A stretch of 64,000 bases of DNA from Salinivirgaceae bacterium (GTDB lineage Bacteria > Bacteroidota > Bacteroidia > Bacteroidales > SZUA-534): assembly GCA_050251815.1 (NCBI GenBank), contig JBFWMB010000008.1, positions 2,457 to 66,456 on the forward strand, read 5' to 3'. Shown in pieces: positions 10,196 to 18,917 of this stretch; within the stretch, counting starts at the first letter, position 1, and each line of letters starts with the position of its first letter. The notes under the pieces were generated by a model. That model saw nothing but the letters and a program-made list of their open reading frames with translations. It searched no databases and was not told the DNA's origin. A program made the translations under genes and the position numbers.

Positions 10196-11080
10196 ATGAA
10201 GAAAATTCTCTTAATCGCTATAATTATAGGCGCATCCGGCATTTTTGCGTATTCCCAAACCCAACCAATAAACAAGCCAACTACGGGTTACCGTTTTCAG
10301 GAACGCATAAAAGGTCCCAATCATAAAAAGAGCAAGGTTCTGGAACTTATGGTCGACGAGCATGGCAATTATTTGGTGGCAACTTTCCGTGGCGAAAAAT
10401 CAAAATATGTTTACTTAATAGTATATAACCTTTATACCTGGGAAGAAAAATACAAAATTAAACTCGACGATAACCGATGTGAATTGTACAACAGTGTTTT
10501 CGACGAATCGGGCGAATTTTTTTATGTAAATTACGACATATACCGGAACCTTTTTAAAGAGATTAACCTAAAAACCGGCGAAATTAAAGAAGTTGATTGT
10601 ACAGCCACTCCCAAAGGGTGCCGAAAAATTGAACCTCAAATATACCGTGTTGACGCCTATACCATTGGCGACAACTATTACATCTATCGCGACGAAAAAT
10701 TCCTCAATTACATTCGAATTCTGGTGAAAAAAGAAATGTATATCCCCAAAGGCGACGAAGAAGAAAATTCATCGGCTGATTATGGCTTAAAAAATGCCCT
10801 CATGGTCGATCCCAATAGTGGCGGTGTCATTCAGATTACCCCCAACGATTTACGCCAGCTAAAAGCCGGAATCGAAATTGAAAAAGATGGTGTTCCCGTG
10901 TTCTTCGATCCCAATAGTAGCGATACTCCTTATACCCCCGCTGAAGGAGACCCCTTTAAAATTAAACTGTCACAAACCGAGATAAGCAAGCTGGAAAGCA
11001 AAATCAGCTTTGTTCATGGTAACTTTGTTATTAAACTTGATTTGGAAGCACTGGAGCAAGAAAAACAAGAAAACAACTAA
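10196..11080 (+). CDS. hypothetical secreted protein
   Basis: ORF 10088..11080 trimmed to the ATG at 10196 (MKKILLIAIIIGASGIFAYSQ signal peptide). The longer start would overlap glyQS. Confidence 0.6.
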   Translation: MKKILLIAIIIGASGIFAYSQTQPINKPTTGYRFQERIKGPNHKKSKVLELMVDEHGNYLVATFRGEKSKYVYLIVYNLYTWEEKYKIKLDDNRCELYNSVFDESGEFFYVNYDIYRNLFKEINLKTGEIKEVDCTATPKGCRKIEPQIYRVDAYTIGDNYYIYRDEKFLNYIRILVKKEMYIPKGDEEENSSADYGLKNALMVDPNSGGVIQITPNDLRQLKAGIEIEKDGVPVFFDPNSSDTPYTPAEGDPFKIKLSQTEISKLESKISFVHGNFVIKLDLEALEQEKQENN

Positions 11081-11105
11081 TCAAAAATATTCCTATTTTT
11101 GATCT

Positions 11106-11549
11106 ATGAGTAAATACCTAACGCTAATACTATTTTGTTTCCTGATACTTGGCTTGTCCAACAATGCCAGCGCACAATGCGATCAGGCATTAATCGACAA
11201 TTGTGCATCGGGCTCGGGCAATATAAAATACATTAAGCATTTCCGTATTCGTTTTGCTGAATCAAAAAACGCCAAAAACCGCTCCGAAGGAAAATTTGTG
11301 ATGATGCTAAGTAAAGGCAACCATTACCGCTTTTCAGTCTGCAACGATCCCTCGAAACCAGGTAGCACAATTATTGAACTGAACAGCGACTATTCAAAAT
11401 TTGGCGGAAACTACAATGCCGAAACCGATAAAGAATACAAAGCTTTCGATTTTATGTGCACCAAAACCGGGCCCTACTACTTAACCATGTATTTTAAAGA
11501 TGGCCAGGAAGGCTGTGGCGTTTGTGTGGTTTCTTTAGTAACCGATTAA
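11106..11549 (+). CDS. hypothetical Cys-rich secreted protein
   Basis: 147 aa with signal peptide LTLILFCFLILGLSNNASAQ and 8 Cys in the mature part. Ends 16 nt upstream of zupT, so probably co-transcribed. Confidence 0.6.
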   Translation: MSKYLTLILFCFLILGLSNNASAQCDQALIDNCASGSGNIKYIKHFRIRFAESKNAKNRSEGKFVMMLSKGNHYRFSVCNDPSKPGSTIIELNSDYSKFGGNYNAETDKEYKAFDFMCTKTGPYYLTMYFKDGQEGCGVCVVSLVTD

Positions 11550-11565
11550 TTACTTCAATAAAGGC

Positions 11566-12390
11566 ATGAATACTGAGAACATACTCTTTGCATTTGCCTT
11601 AACCTTATTTGCAGGCCTATCGACAGGTATTGGCAGCACATTGGCTTTTTTTACCAAACGAACCAACACCCGTTTCCTTACCTATTCGCTGGGCTTTTCG
11701 GCCGGGGTGATGATTTATGTTTCGTTGGTCGAGATTTTTCAAAAATCGGTTCATAGTTTTGCCGAACTTTACAGTCCCAAAGCCAGCTATGCCTTCACCC
11801 TGCTGGCCTTTTTCGGGGGTATCGCATTCATTGCCCTAATCGACATGTTAATTCCCTCGTACGAGAACCCACACGAAATACGAAGCATTGAGGAAATTGA
11901 TAAAGCCGAATACAAAATTGAAAAAAACAAAAAGCTGGCCCGCATGGGAATTTTCTCAGCATTGGCCATTGCCATTCACAATTTTCCCGAAGGAATTGCC
12001 ACCTTTGCTGCTGGTTTAGCCGACCCCGAAGTGGCTATTCCCATTGCCTTTGCCATCGCTATTCACAACATTCCTGAGGGCATTGCCGTTTCTGTTCCGG
12101 TTTATTATGCTACTGGAAATCGCCGAAAAGCTTTTCTCCTTTCCTTTCTTTCTGGTTTGGCCGAACCAGTGGGGGCTTTGGTTGGGTTTATACTTATTTA
12201 TTTTATTGCCGGTGGCATGAATCCCATTATATCGGGAGTAATGTTTGGTACGGTAGCCGGAATTATGGTCTTTATTTCGCTCGACGAATTACTACCCACC
12301 GCCGAAGAATACGGTGAGCACCACATCTCTATTTACGGACTGGTATCAGGAATGGCCATAATGGCCGTAAGCCTCCTGCTGTTTATGTAA
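11566..12390 (+). CDS. zupT: ZIP-family zinc transporter ZupT
   Basis: 274 aa, multi-TM, with the duplicated ZIP signature AIAIHNFPEGIA and AIAIHNIPEGIA. Confidence 0.92.
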   Translation: MNTENILFAFALTLFAGLSTGIGSTLAFFTKRTNTRFLTYSLGFSAGVMIYVSLVEIFQKSVHSFAELYSPKASYAFTLLAFFGGIAFIALIDMLIPSYENPHEIRSIEEIDKAEYKIEKNKKLARMGIFSALAIAIHNFPEGIATFAAGLADPEVAIPIAFAIAIHNIPEGIAVSVPVYYATGNRRKAFLLSFLSGLAEPVGALVGFILIYFIAGGMNPIISGVMFGTVAGIMVFISLDELLPTAEEYGEHHISIYGLVSGMAIMAVSLLLFM

Positions 12391-12659
12391 TTCCTTAGGG
12401 TCAAACTTCAATCAATACGCCATATGATTACCTGGCTATCAGTACCAGCTCTTTTTCTAACCTGTTTGCCAAGGTGCAACTTTGAAATCGAACAGATGCA
12501 ATAACGAAATCCCTAAGGAGCAAAATCGAACCACTGTACTTTATAACGAAGGATAAACTCACCCTACGAAATCAGAAAATTTCCTCTCAGACACTTAACT
12601 TCCCTTAACTCCTTAATGGTTCAATAAAAACCACACCCCACATACAGTAACTTAAAGCC

Positions 12660-13185
12660 CGCTGATAACACCGGGGTTTCCGCTACATACACTGGCATTC
12701 CCGCTACATAAAATGGAGTTCCCGTTCCATTAAATGATGATTCCGCTACATACACTGGCATTCCCGCACTACTAAATGATGTTTCCGTTACTGACATTGG
12801 CATTTCCGCTACATTAAAGGGCATTCCCGCTACTGACATTGGCATTTCCGCTACATTCATCCAGATTCCCGCTCCTTAGATTGGCATTTCCGCTACATAT
12901 ATTGTGGATACCGCTACTTAAACCAGGGTTTCCGCTCTATAAATTGAGGCTCCCGCTTCAACCCTTTCAATTGGCAATGAATTCATTTGGGTTTGCGTTG
13001 AGTCACGTATTGTACGCATTGTATACAGCGTGGTTTGCGTTGAATTCATTTCCAGTTGTGCTACACGAATTGTTGTTTGCGCAGCATCTCGTGTAGTTTG
13101 CGCTATATTCCTTTCAATCTGCGCTGCCAGCCGAAGGGTTTGCGCTGCATTCCTGGCAATTTGCAGTACCGATTCCGGGTATTAA
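12660..13185. repeat. strictly phased 21-bp degenerate tandem array with two core flavours
   Basis: The CG of core TTYCCGCTAC lies at 12660 and then every 21 bp to 12954 (15 units). The CG of core TTTGCG(C/T)TG lies at 12996, 13038, 13080, 13101, 13122 and 13143, with TTTGCAG in phase at 13164. Every position is an exact multiple of 21 bp from 12660. Confidence 0.9.
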
Positions 13186-13200
13186 GTCATATACACCCAT

Positions 13201-13227
13201 AAAAAAAGGAGCCCGAAGGCTCCTTTT
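13201..13227. terminator. bidirectional intrinsic terminator downstream of the LTD/T9SS gene
   Basis: GGAGCC/GGCTCC stem (13208-13213 / 13218-13223) with loop CGAA, an A-run on the left and a T-run on the right. Confidence 0.7.
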
Positions 13228-13247
13228 ATATGATACGATAAAAGTGT

Positions 13248-14912
13248 TTATTGCTTAACTACTTTTACTGTTTTAGCGTTATTGTTTCCATCGGTGATGG
13301 TAACAAAGTATACTCCGCGGTTCAGGTTATCGGTAGAGATGTCTTTCGACTCCTGACCAGCAAGATTAACTTTCATTACTTCCTGACCCAAAATATTGCT
13401 TACGCGGATTTGTTTGGCATTAGCCAGACCATTCACGGTAATAACATTATTGAATGGGTTCGGGAATACAGCCACATTGCCAAATAGTTCTTCTTCAATT
13501 CCAACAGTAATTATGTCAGCCAAGCTACGTGGGAACAATTGATAAGTAGTGTTGTATTGTTGTCCGAATCCGGTTATTGACACAAATTCCTCGTCTAATA
13601 CTGCGGCATAATCTACAATCCCGTTGCGAATTACTAGGGTATTGCCATCAGCATCAGCTACAGTCCAGTTTTTACTACTTTCAGGAACAGTACAGGTTAC
13701 ATTCTCGATGGTAACCAATACCGCTTCATACATTTCACCATTCATCTGAGTAAGTGTTGCTACAGTAGCATCGGCCACAGTATTACCACTGTTAATTTTC
13801 ACAATGGTCGGTTCAATTAATTCAGTCAAACCGCTGTATTCATAAACCTTTGCTTCAATTGAAACTGAATCTCCGGTTGCTACAGTTGGTGTGGCATTCT
13901 CATATACATAAACACCATTCCAGGCACCAGCACCATCCTGCAGATAGAATCCTTTTGCATCCACGGTTACTACAACACCTTTTGTTCTGACAATTTCACC
14001 ATTGTATGGGCTGTCGCCTGAAGCATCAGCAGTTTCCTGAATTTGTTTAATGGTCAGCATTTCAGGTTCAGCAGCTTGCAATACATAAACAGTCCAAAGT
14101 TTTTCTGTTGCGTCAGCAGCAGTTACTCTATATATAACAGGGTCAACTCCGTTGAATACTACAGGCAAAGTAGTAGCAGTAACCTGAGCACCAGCAGAAA
14201 CGGTAATGGTTGGTTCCAAAGAACCTAAATCAGCATCCCAGGCAACAGTTGAAGTTACCATGGCATTTTCAGAACTGATAATGGCAGTACTAATTTCTTC
14301 GGCTAATACAAAACCTAAAATCTCAGCTTCGTTTGAAGGAGGAGTTATGTGCCATCCTAAATAGGAAAAATCATCCTGATTATAAACTTCCCATTCTGAA
14401 CTTGCAGCATCAGTTCCTGAAGCAGCAGTCCAATCAACATTACCTTGGGTAACAGCAGATTTTCTTACCAGAGTATGATTTTGTGTTGCCCCGGTAGTTC
14501 CGGCAACATCCCAGGCAGAACCTGGATCTACAGTTGGATTTCCAATGATGTCAATCAACGCGTCGCTTTTAAACAAACCTAATGCGTCGTCTCCATTGAA
14601 AAAGGTAACATTGCTTTCGATATCACCAACGGCAGCAACGGCAGCAACAGACTGAGAGTTGTAAATAACATAAACATCACCTGCGGCAAGTGTTCCGGTA
14701 AGATCAAGGGTATTTCCCCAATCGGCTCCATTTGATGCAAGTTTTACAACATAAGGTGTTAAATCAACATCAGCACTGGTTGGATTATAAATCTCTATTG
14801 CCTTGTTGTTACTGCCCCCCTCGATATATTCCGAGAAGAATAAGTCTTGTGCCCAGGCTCCCTGTGCAAACAAGAGCGCAAACACGTAAAAAATCAATGT
14901 AATTTTTCTCAT
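13248..14912 (-). CDS. T9SS-secreted protein: lamin-tail domain plus ExeM/NucH-like OB region plus type-A sorting domain, no nuclease domain
   Basis: 554 aa with a signal peptide. DLFFSEYIEGGSNNKAIEIYNPT matches the LTD N-terminus of ExeM/NucH nucleases. IKQIQ...GFYLQDGAGAWNGVYVYE...VYEYSGLTEL matches their OB-like region. C-terminus FPNPFNNVITV...GVYFVTITDGNNNAKTVKVVKQ is a Por_Secre_tail. Confidence 0.8.
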   Translation of the reverse strand: MRKITLIFYVFALLFAQGAWAQDLFFSEYIEGGSNNKAIEIYNPTSADVDLTPYVVKLASNGADWGNTLDLTGTLAAGDVYVIYNSQSVAAVAAVGDIESNVTFFNGDDALGLFKSDALIDIIGNPTVDPGSAWDVAGTTGATQNHTLVRKSAVTQGNVDWTAASGTDAASSEWEVYNQDDFSYLGWHITPPSNEAEILGFVLAEEISTAIISSENAMVTSTVAWDADLGSLEPTITVSAGAQVTATTLPVVFNGVDPVIYRVTAADATEKLWTVYVLQAAEPEMLTIKQIQETADASGDSPYNGEIVRTKGVVVTVDAKGFYLQDGAGAWNGVYVYENATPTVATGDSVSIEAKVYEYSGLTELIEPTIVKINSGNTVADATVATLTQMNGEMYEAVLVTIENVTCTVPESSKNWTVADADGNTLVIRNGIVDYAAVLDEEFVSITGFGQQYNTTYQLFPRSLADIITVGIEEELFGNVAVFPNPFNNVITVNGLANAKQIRVSNILGQEVMKVNLAGQESKDISTDNLNRGVYFVTITDGNNNAKTVKVVKQ

Positions 14913-15037
14913 AATAATAGGTTTTAATTAAAAAATACAACTTGCGGTTTTATAGGGTAATTAATAGAACATCAAATGTACTAAATATTTTTATAAATAA
15001 TAAAAATTTTTGTTAAATGTGTGTTAAAATTTTGGGT

Positions 15038-15068
15038 AAAAAAAAAACCACCGTTTATGGTGGCTTTT
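15038..15068 (-). terminator. intrinsic terminator of queA
   Basis: CCACC/GGTGG stem (15048-15052 / 15059-15063). The 10-nt A-run on the + strand gives a U-run on the - strand, directly downstream of the queA stop. Confidence 0.6.
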
Positions 15069-15078
15069 AATTTGTATC

Positions 15079-16128
15079 TTAAAGGATTAACATGGCATCG
15101 CCATAGGTTCCAAAGCGGTATTTTTCTTTTATGGCCTTTTGGTAGGCTTCAAAAAGCAAATCGTAGCCGGCAAAGGCCGAAACCATCATAAACAAGGTAG
15201 ATAGCGGCAGGTGAAAGTTGGAGACCATTCGGCTGGCGACACTAAACTCGTAAGGCGGGAAGATAAATTTATTGGTCCAGCCTTCGTAAGGTTTTAAGTA
15301 ACCATAGGTTGAAACGCTGCTTTCGAGGGTTCGCATTACGGTTGTTCCTACCGCACACACGTGTTTGCGCTTATCTTTGGCTCCATTTACCACATCAACG
15401 GCAGCATCGGTAATAATTATTTGCTCAGAGTCCATTTTATGCTTGGTCAAATCCTCAACGTCGACACTTCGGAAATTACCCAAACCCACATGAAGGGTAA
15501 CCTCGGCAAAGTTTATTCCTTTAATTTCGAAGCGCTTAAGTAATTCGCGGCTAAAGTGTAATCCTGCTGTAGGAGCTGCCACAGCCCCTTCGTGTTTAGC
15601 AAAAATGGTTTGATAGCGATCTTTATCTTCGGGAACCACCTCGCGTTTTATAAATTTTGGTAGCGGTGTTTCGCCCAAATCGTATAAATTCTTCTTAAAT
15701 TCTTCGTAGGGTCCATCATAAAGAAAGCGCAGTGTACGTCCTCTACTGGTCGTATTGTCAATTACTTCGGCAACCATCATATCGTCTTCGCCAAAATAAA
15801 GTTTGTTGCCAATACGTATTTTCCGTGCGGGATCAACCAATACATCCCAAAGTCTTTGTTCCCGGTTTAATTCGCGCAATAAGAAAACTTCGATTTTCGC
15901 CCCTGTTTTTTCTTTGTTTCCGTATAGTCGGGCAGGAAAAACCTTGGTGTTGTTAAAAACCAAAACATCTTGCTCGGAAAAATAATCGATGACATCTTTA
16001 AATACTTTGTGCTCAATTTTTCCCGTGGCCCTATCCACTACCATGAGTCTGGATTCATCGCGGTTGGTTGACGGATGCAAGGCTATCAGGTTTTCAGGTA
16101 ATTTAAAATTAAACTGAGATAATTTCAT
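15079..16128 (-). CDS. queA: S-adenosylmethionine:tRNA ribosyltransferase-isomerase
   Basis: 349 aa. [19 protein letters not shown]...RDESRLMVV and AAPTAGLHF are QueA hallmarks. Confidence 0.95.
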   Translation of the reverse strand: MKLSQFNFKLPENLIALHPSTNRDESRLMVVDRATGKIEHKVFKDVIDYFSEQDVLVFNNTKVFPARLYGNKEKTGAKIEVFLLRELNREQRLWDVLVDPARKIRIGNKLYFGEDDMMVAEVIDNTTSRGRTLRFLYDGPYEEFKKNLYDLGETPLPKFIKREVVPEDKDRYQTIFAKHEGAVAAPTAGLHFSRELLKRFEIKGINFAEVTLHVGLGNFRSVDVEDLTKHKMDSEQIIITDAAVDVVNGAKDKRKHVCAVGTTVMRTLESSVSTYGYLKPYEGWTNKFIFPPYEFSVASRMVSNFHLPLSTLFMMVSAFAGYDLLFEAYQKAIKEKYRFGTYGDAMLIL

Positions 16129-16162
16129 AATCTATGCTATATGTATTAAAATTCGAGGTTTT

Positions 16163-16894
16163 TTATACGTGTTTATCTATATTTGGTTGCATGTTGCCAA
16201 GGCTATTTTCAAAGTTTTCGATTTCAAGTGCTTTTGTTACATCAAAATCGCCGATGCGGGTTCGACGAAGCTCCCACAGATAGGCTCCCGATTCCAGCGC
16301 AATTCCAAAATCGCGTCCAAAAGAGCGCACATAGGTTCCTTTGCTGCACGACATCTTAACGGTTACAAAGGGCATATTAAAATCTATCAGTTCCAACGAA
16401 TAAATTACAATCCGCCGGGCTTTTAGTTCAAGTGTTTCCCCATTTCGTGCAGAAATATATGCTTTTTTCCCATTTACTTTTTTAGCTGAAAACATGGGAG
16501 GAATCTGATCCTGTTCTCCTATAAATTGCTCAATAGCCGATGCAACTTTTTCACGAGTTATATGAGCGGTTGGATAGGTTGCGTCTTCGGGGGTTTCGCA
16601 GTCGAAAGAAGGTGTTGTGGCTCCCAATTTTATGGTGGTAATGTATTCTTTGGTTTGCGCCTGATAGGTATCAATTTGCCGGGTTAATTTACCGGTACAA
16701 ACTATTAATAATCCGGTAGCTAAAGGATCTAAAGTTCCGGCGTGTCCCACCTTCAGTTTTTTATAGCCAAATTTGTGACGAATCAGATACCTGATTTTGT
16801 TCACCACGTCGAATGAAGTCCACTCTTTGGGTTTATCAATCAGAATAAGCGCACCCTCTTTAAAATCGACCGGAGAATTTTCAGAATAAAGCAT
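16163..16894 (-). CDS. truB: tRNA pseudouridine(55) synthase
   Basis: 243 aa. KVGHAGTLDPLATGLL is the TruB catalytic Asp motif. Confidence 0.94.
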   Translation of the reverse strand: MLYSENSPVDFKEGALILIDKPKEWTSFDVVNKIRYLIRHKFGYKKLKVGHAGTLDPLATGLLIVCTGKLTRQIDTYQAQTKEYITTIKLGATTPSFDCETPEDATYPTAHITREKVASAIEQFIGEQDQIPPMFSAKKVNGKKAYISARNGETLELKARRIVIYSLELIDFNMPFVTVKMSCSKGTYVRSFGRDFGIALESGAYLWELRRTRIGDFDVTKALEIENFENSLGNMQPNIDKHV

Positions 16895-16898
16895 AAAA

Positions 16899-17684
16899 TT
16901 AAGCTAAAGCTATGGCCAGAACTCCAATTATCAAACAATAAATTGCAAAATAAATAAGCTTTCCTTTTTTAACTATTTTTAACATCCAACTGCAGGCGAA
17001 TAATCCTGAGATAAAAGCAGCCAAAAAGCCTATTCCCAGAGGAAGTATTCCAATCTGGCTGTTTTCAGTCATACCTCCGCTTAGTATATCGAGCAGGTTC
17101 TCGCCCAAAATGGGAATCAAAACCATAAGAAACGAAAAACGGGTTACTGCTTCTCTTTTATTGCCCAACAACAAGCCGGTTGCAATGGTTGAACCGGAAC
17201 GACTGATTCCGGGCAATACAGCAAAAGCTTGCGCCATACCAATTACAAAGGCATCAGAAAATTTTATATCACGAGTTTTTGCTTTAACAAAATGCGTCAG
17301 TCCCAACAAAAAAGCGGTAATCAACAACATAAAGCCAACAAACATCACATTACCTTCGCCAAAAAATGACTTAACCCAATCTTTTAAAAAGACGCCGACA
17401 ATGGCAACGGGAATCATTGAGATTAATATTTTTGATACATATTTGGTTTCGTCGTTCCATTGAAATTTAAAAAACCCGCCAAATATTTCGAATATATCTT
17501 TACGAAAGACAACCAAGGTGCTTAATACCGTTGCCCCATGAACAGCTACAGAAAAGTTGAGGCTTTCGGTTGCCGCCACCCCCATTAGGGCTTTGCCAAT
17601 CTCTAAATGACCACTGCTGCTAACAGGCAAAAACTCGGTTAATCCCTGGACAATTCCAAGAATAAGTGCTTCAATCCAATTCAT
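16899..17684 (-). CDS. uppP: undecaprenyl-diphosphate phosphatase
   Basis: 261 aa. [15 protein letters not shown] and [10 protein letters not shown] are BacA/UppP motifs. Confidence 0.95.
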   Translation of the reverse strand: MNWIEALILGIVQGLTEFLPVSSSGHLEIGKALMGVAATESLNFSVAVHGATVLSTLVVFRKDIFEIFGGFFKFQWNDETKYVSKILISMIPVAIVGVFLKDWVKSFFGEGNVMFVGFMLLITAFLLGLTHFVKAKTRDIKFSDAFVIGMAQAFAVLPGISRSGSTIATGLLLGNKREAVTRFSFLMVLIPILGENLLDILSGGMTENSQIGILPLGIGFLAAFISGLFACSWMLKIVKKGKLIYFAIYCLIIGVLAIALA

Positions 17685-17698
17685 TTTAACTGTTTAAA

Positions 17699-17944
17699 TT
17701 ATTTGTCTTTGGGTTTTTTCATGATGGCATATATCTCAAAAACAAAACCACCAAAAACCAGCATGGGAGCCAGTGTAATTCTTCGGAAACTAAACATTTC
17801 TTCGTTAAAAACATTGGGGTCAGTCGATTTACCACCAGCCATCAAAATAAATCCAATTACAATGGCGGCCAAACCAATTCCCATTAATATAAAATTGCTT
17901 TTTCCTAAAGCAAATTCCATTTTGCTGTTGTTTTTATTGCTCAT
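17699..17944 (-). CDS. DUF3098-like small membrane protein
   Basis: 81 aa with two TM segments, in the ftsX-DUF3098-uppP arrangement I recall as common in Bacteroidota. Confidence 0.65.
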   Translation of the reverse strand: MSNKNNSKMEFALGKSNFILMGIGLAAIVIGFILMAGGKSTDPNVFNEEMFSFRRITLAPMLVFGGFVFEIYAIMKKPKDK

Positions 17945-17955
17945 TTTAAGTCAGT

Positions 17956-18834
17956 TTAAAAATACAAATCGCTGCTCCTTAGTTTAAGGTACCTGTTCAC
18001 AGCAAATCGTGTAGAAATGTATACAATGCCTATTCCCACAACAAATACTCCGGCAAACAATAAAGCCAGGGTGTCCAAATCGTTTAACATGCTTAATTCA
18101 GGAAGTTGTGCTTCAATCATATAAACAGTTCCTCCCAACATTAAGTAGGTTAACGCAATGCTGTAAATAGCATGCGCCAGGCTTTTTAGGATAAATGGTC
18201 CGCGCACAAAACGCCTGGTTGCCCCAACCAATTGCATGGTTTTTATTAAAAATCTTCGCGCATAAACCGTTAACCGGATGGTGTTATTGATTAATGAAAG
18301 TGATATGATGAACAAGGCTCCCGTAAAAACCAACAATACAAGGCTTATGCGATTAATGTTTTTGTTCACCACATCGATGAGAGATTTTTGATAAGCGACC
18401 TCTTTAACCTGCTCGTATTTTAAAATTTCCTGTTCAATCTTTGCTACACTGTCGGGATTGGCATATTCGGCAAACAAGCGAACGTCGATTGAAGGTAAAA
18501 GCGGATTGTATCCTAAAAACTCAATAAAATCCTCACCTAACTCTTCTTGCAATTCCTGAGCAGCACGCTCTTTTGTAATGTATTCAGTGGTCTTAACATA
18601 TCGCGACGCATCGAGGTTTTTTTGTAATCGAATCATGTCAACTTCGCGTATATTGTTTTCGAGGATAACTGAAAACCCGATATTCTCTTTAACCTGACGC
18701 GATAATTTATGTGCGTTAAGCAAAAGCATCCCCATTAATCCTACCACAAAAAGGACCAAGGCAATACTTACAATAGTTGTAAAATAAGAGCTGCGAAGTT
18801 TTCGTCTCGACAGCTTATGCTCTTGCTTGCTCAT
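17956..18834 (-). CDS. ftsX: cell division protein FtsX-like permease
   Basis: 292 aa with an N-terminal TM, a periplasmic domain and three C-terminal TMs. MQLVGATRRFVRGPF is typical of FtsX. Confidence 0.85.
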   Translation of the reverse strand: MSKQEHKLSRRKLRSSYFTTIVSIALVLFVVGLMGMLLLNAHKLSRQVKENIGFSVILENNIREVDMIRLQKNLDASRYVKTTEYITKERAAQELQEELGEDFIEFLGYNPLLPSIDVRLFAEYANPDSVAKIEQEILKYEQVKEVAYQKSLIDVVNKNINRISLVLLVFTGALFIISLSLINNTIRLTVYARRFLIKTMQLVGATRRFVRGPFILKSLAHAIYSIALTYLMLGGTVYMIEAQLPELSMLNDLDTLALLFAGVFVVGIGIVYISTRFAVNRYLKLRSSDLYF

Positions 18835-18917
18835 ATCAAAATTATATAAGTGCGCAAAGATATAAAATTATTGTCGAATTCAATTCATGAAACACCTTGC
18901 AAACGAATTACAAATAA

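Noticed and set aside
12790-12900. Sigma-54 promoters, because TGGCA recurs in the array (for example TTGGCATTTCCGCT) and rpoN is in the window
   Set aside because: The GG-to-GC spacing in TGGCATTTCCGC is about 7 nt, not the 10 nt of the -24/-12 consensus (TGGCAC-N5-TTGC).
12903-12911. DnaA-box-like TGTGGATAC, raising the idea that the array is oriC
   Set aside because: It is a single imperfect box with no cluster of boxes, no AT-rich unwinding element and no dnaA or dnaN nearby.
12621-13096. ORFs 12621..12860 (-) and 12839..13096 (+), which translate the 21-bp array as heptad repeats (VAGMPxx and AFPLHxx)
   Set aside because: Both strands give ORFs only because the DNA is 7-codon periodic. 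In-phase stop codons (TAA) interrupt the same frame in adjacent units. The periodicity continues well beyond both ORF boundaries. Neither ORF has a plausible start context or signal sequence.
12660-13185. CRISPR interpretation of the 21-bp array (and of the 41-bp array at 44941-45557)
   Set aside because: Periods of 21 and 41 bp are far shorter than a repeat plus a spacer. The conserved cores are only about 10-16 nt. The cores are degenerate rather than near-identical. No cas genes lie in the window.
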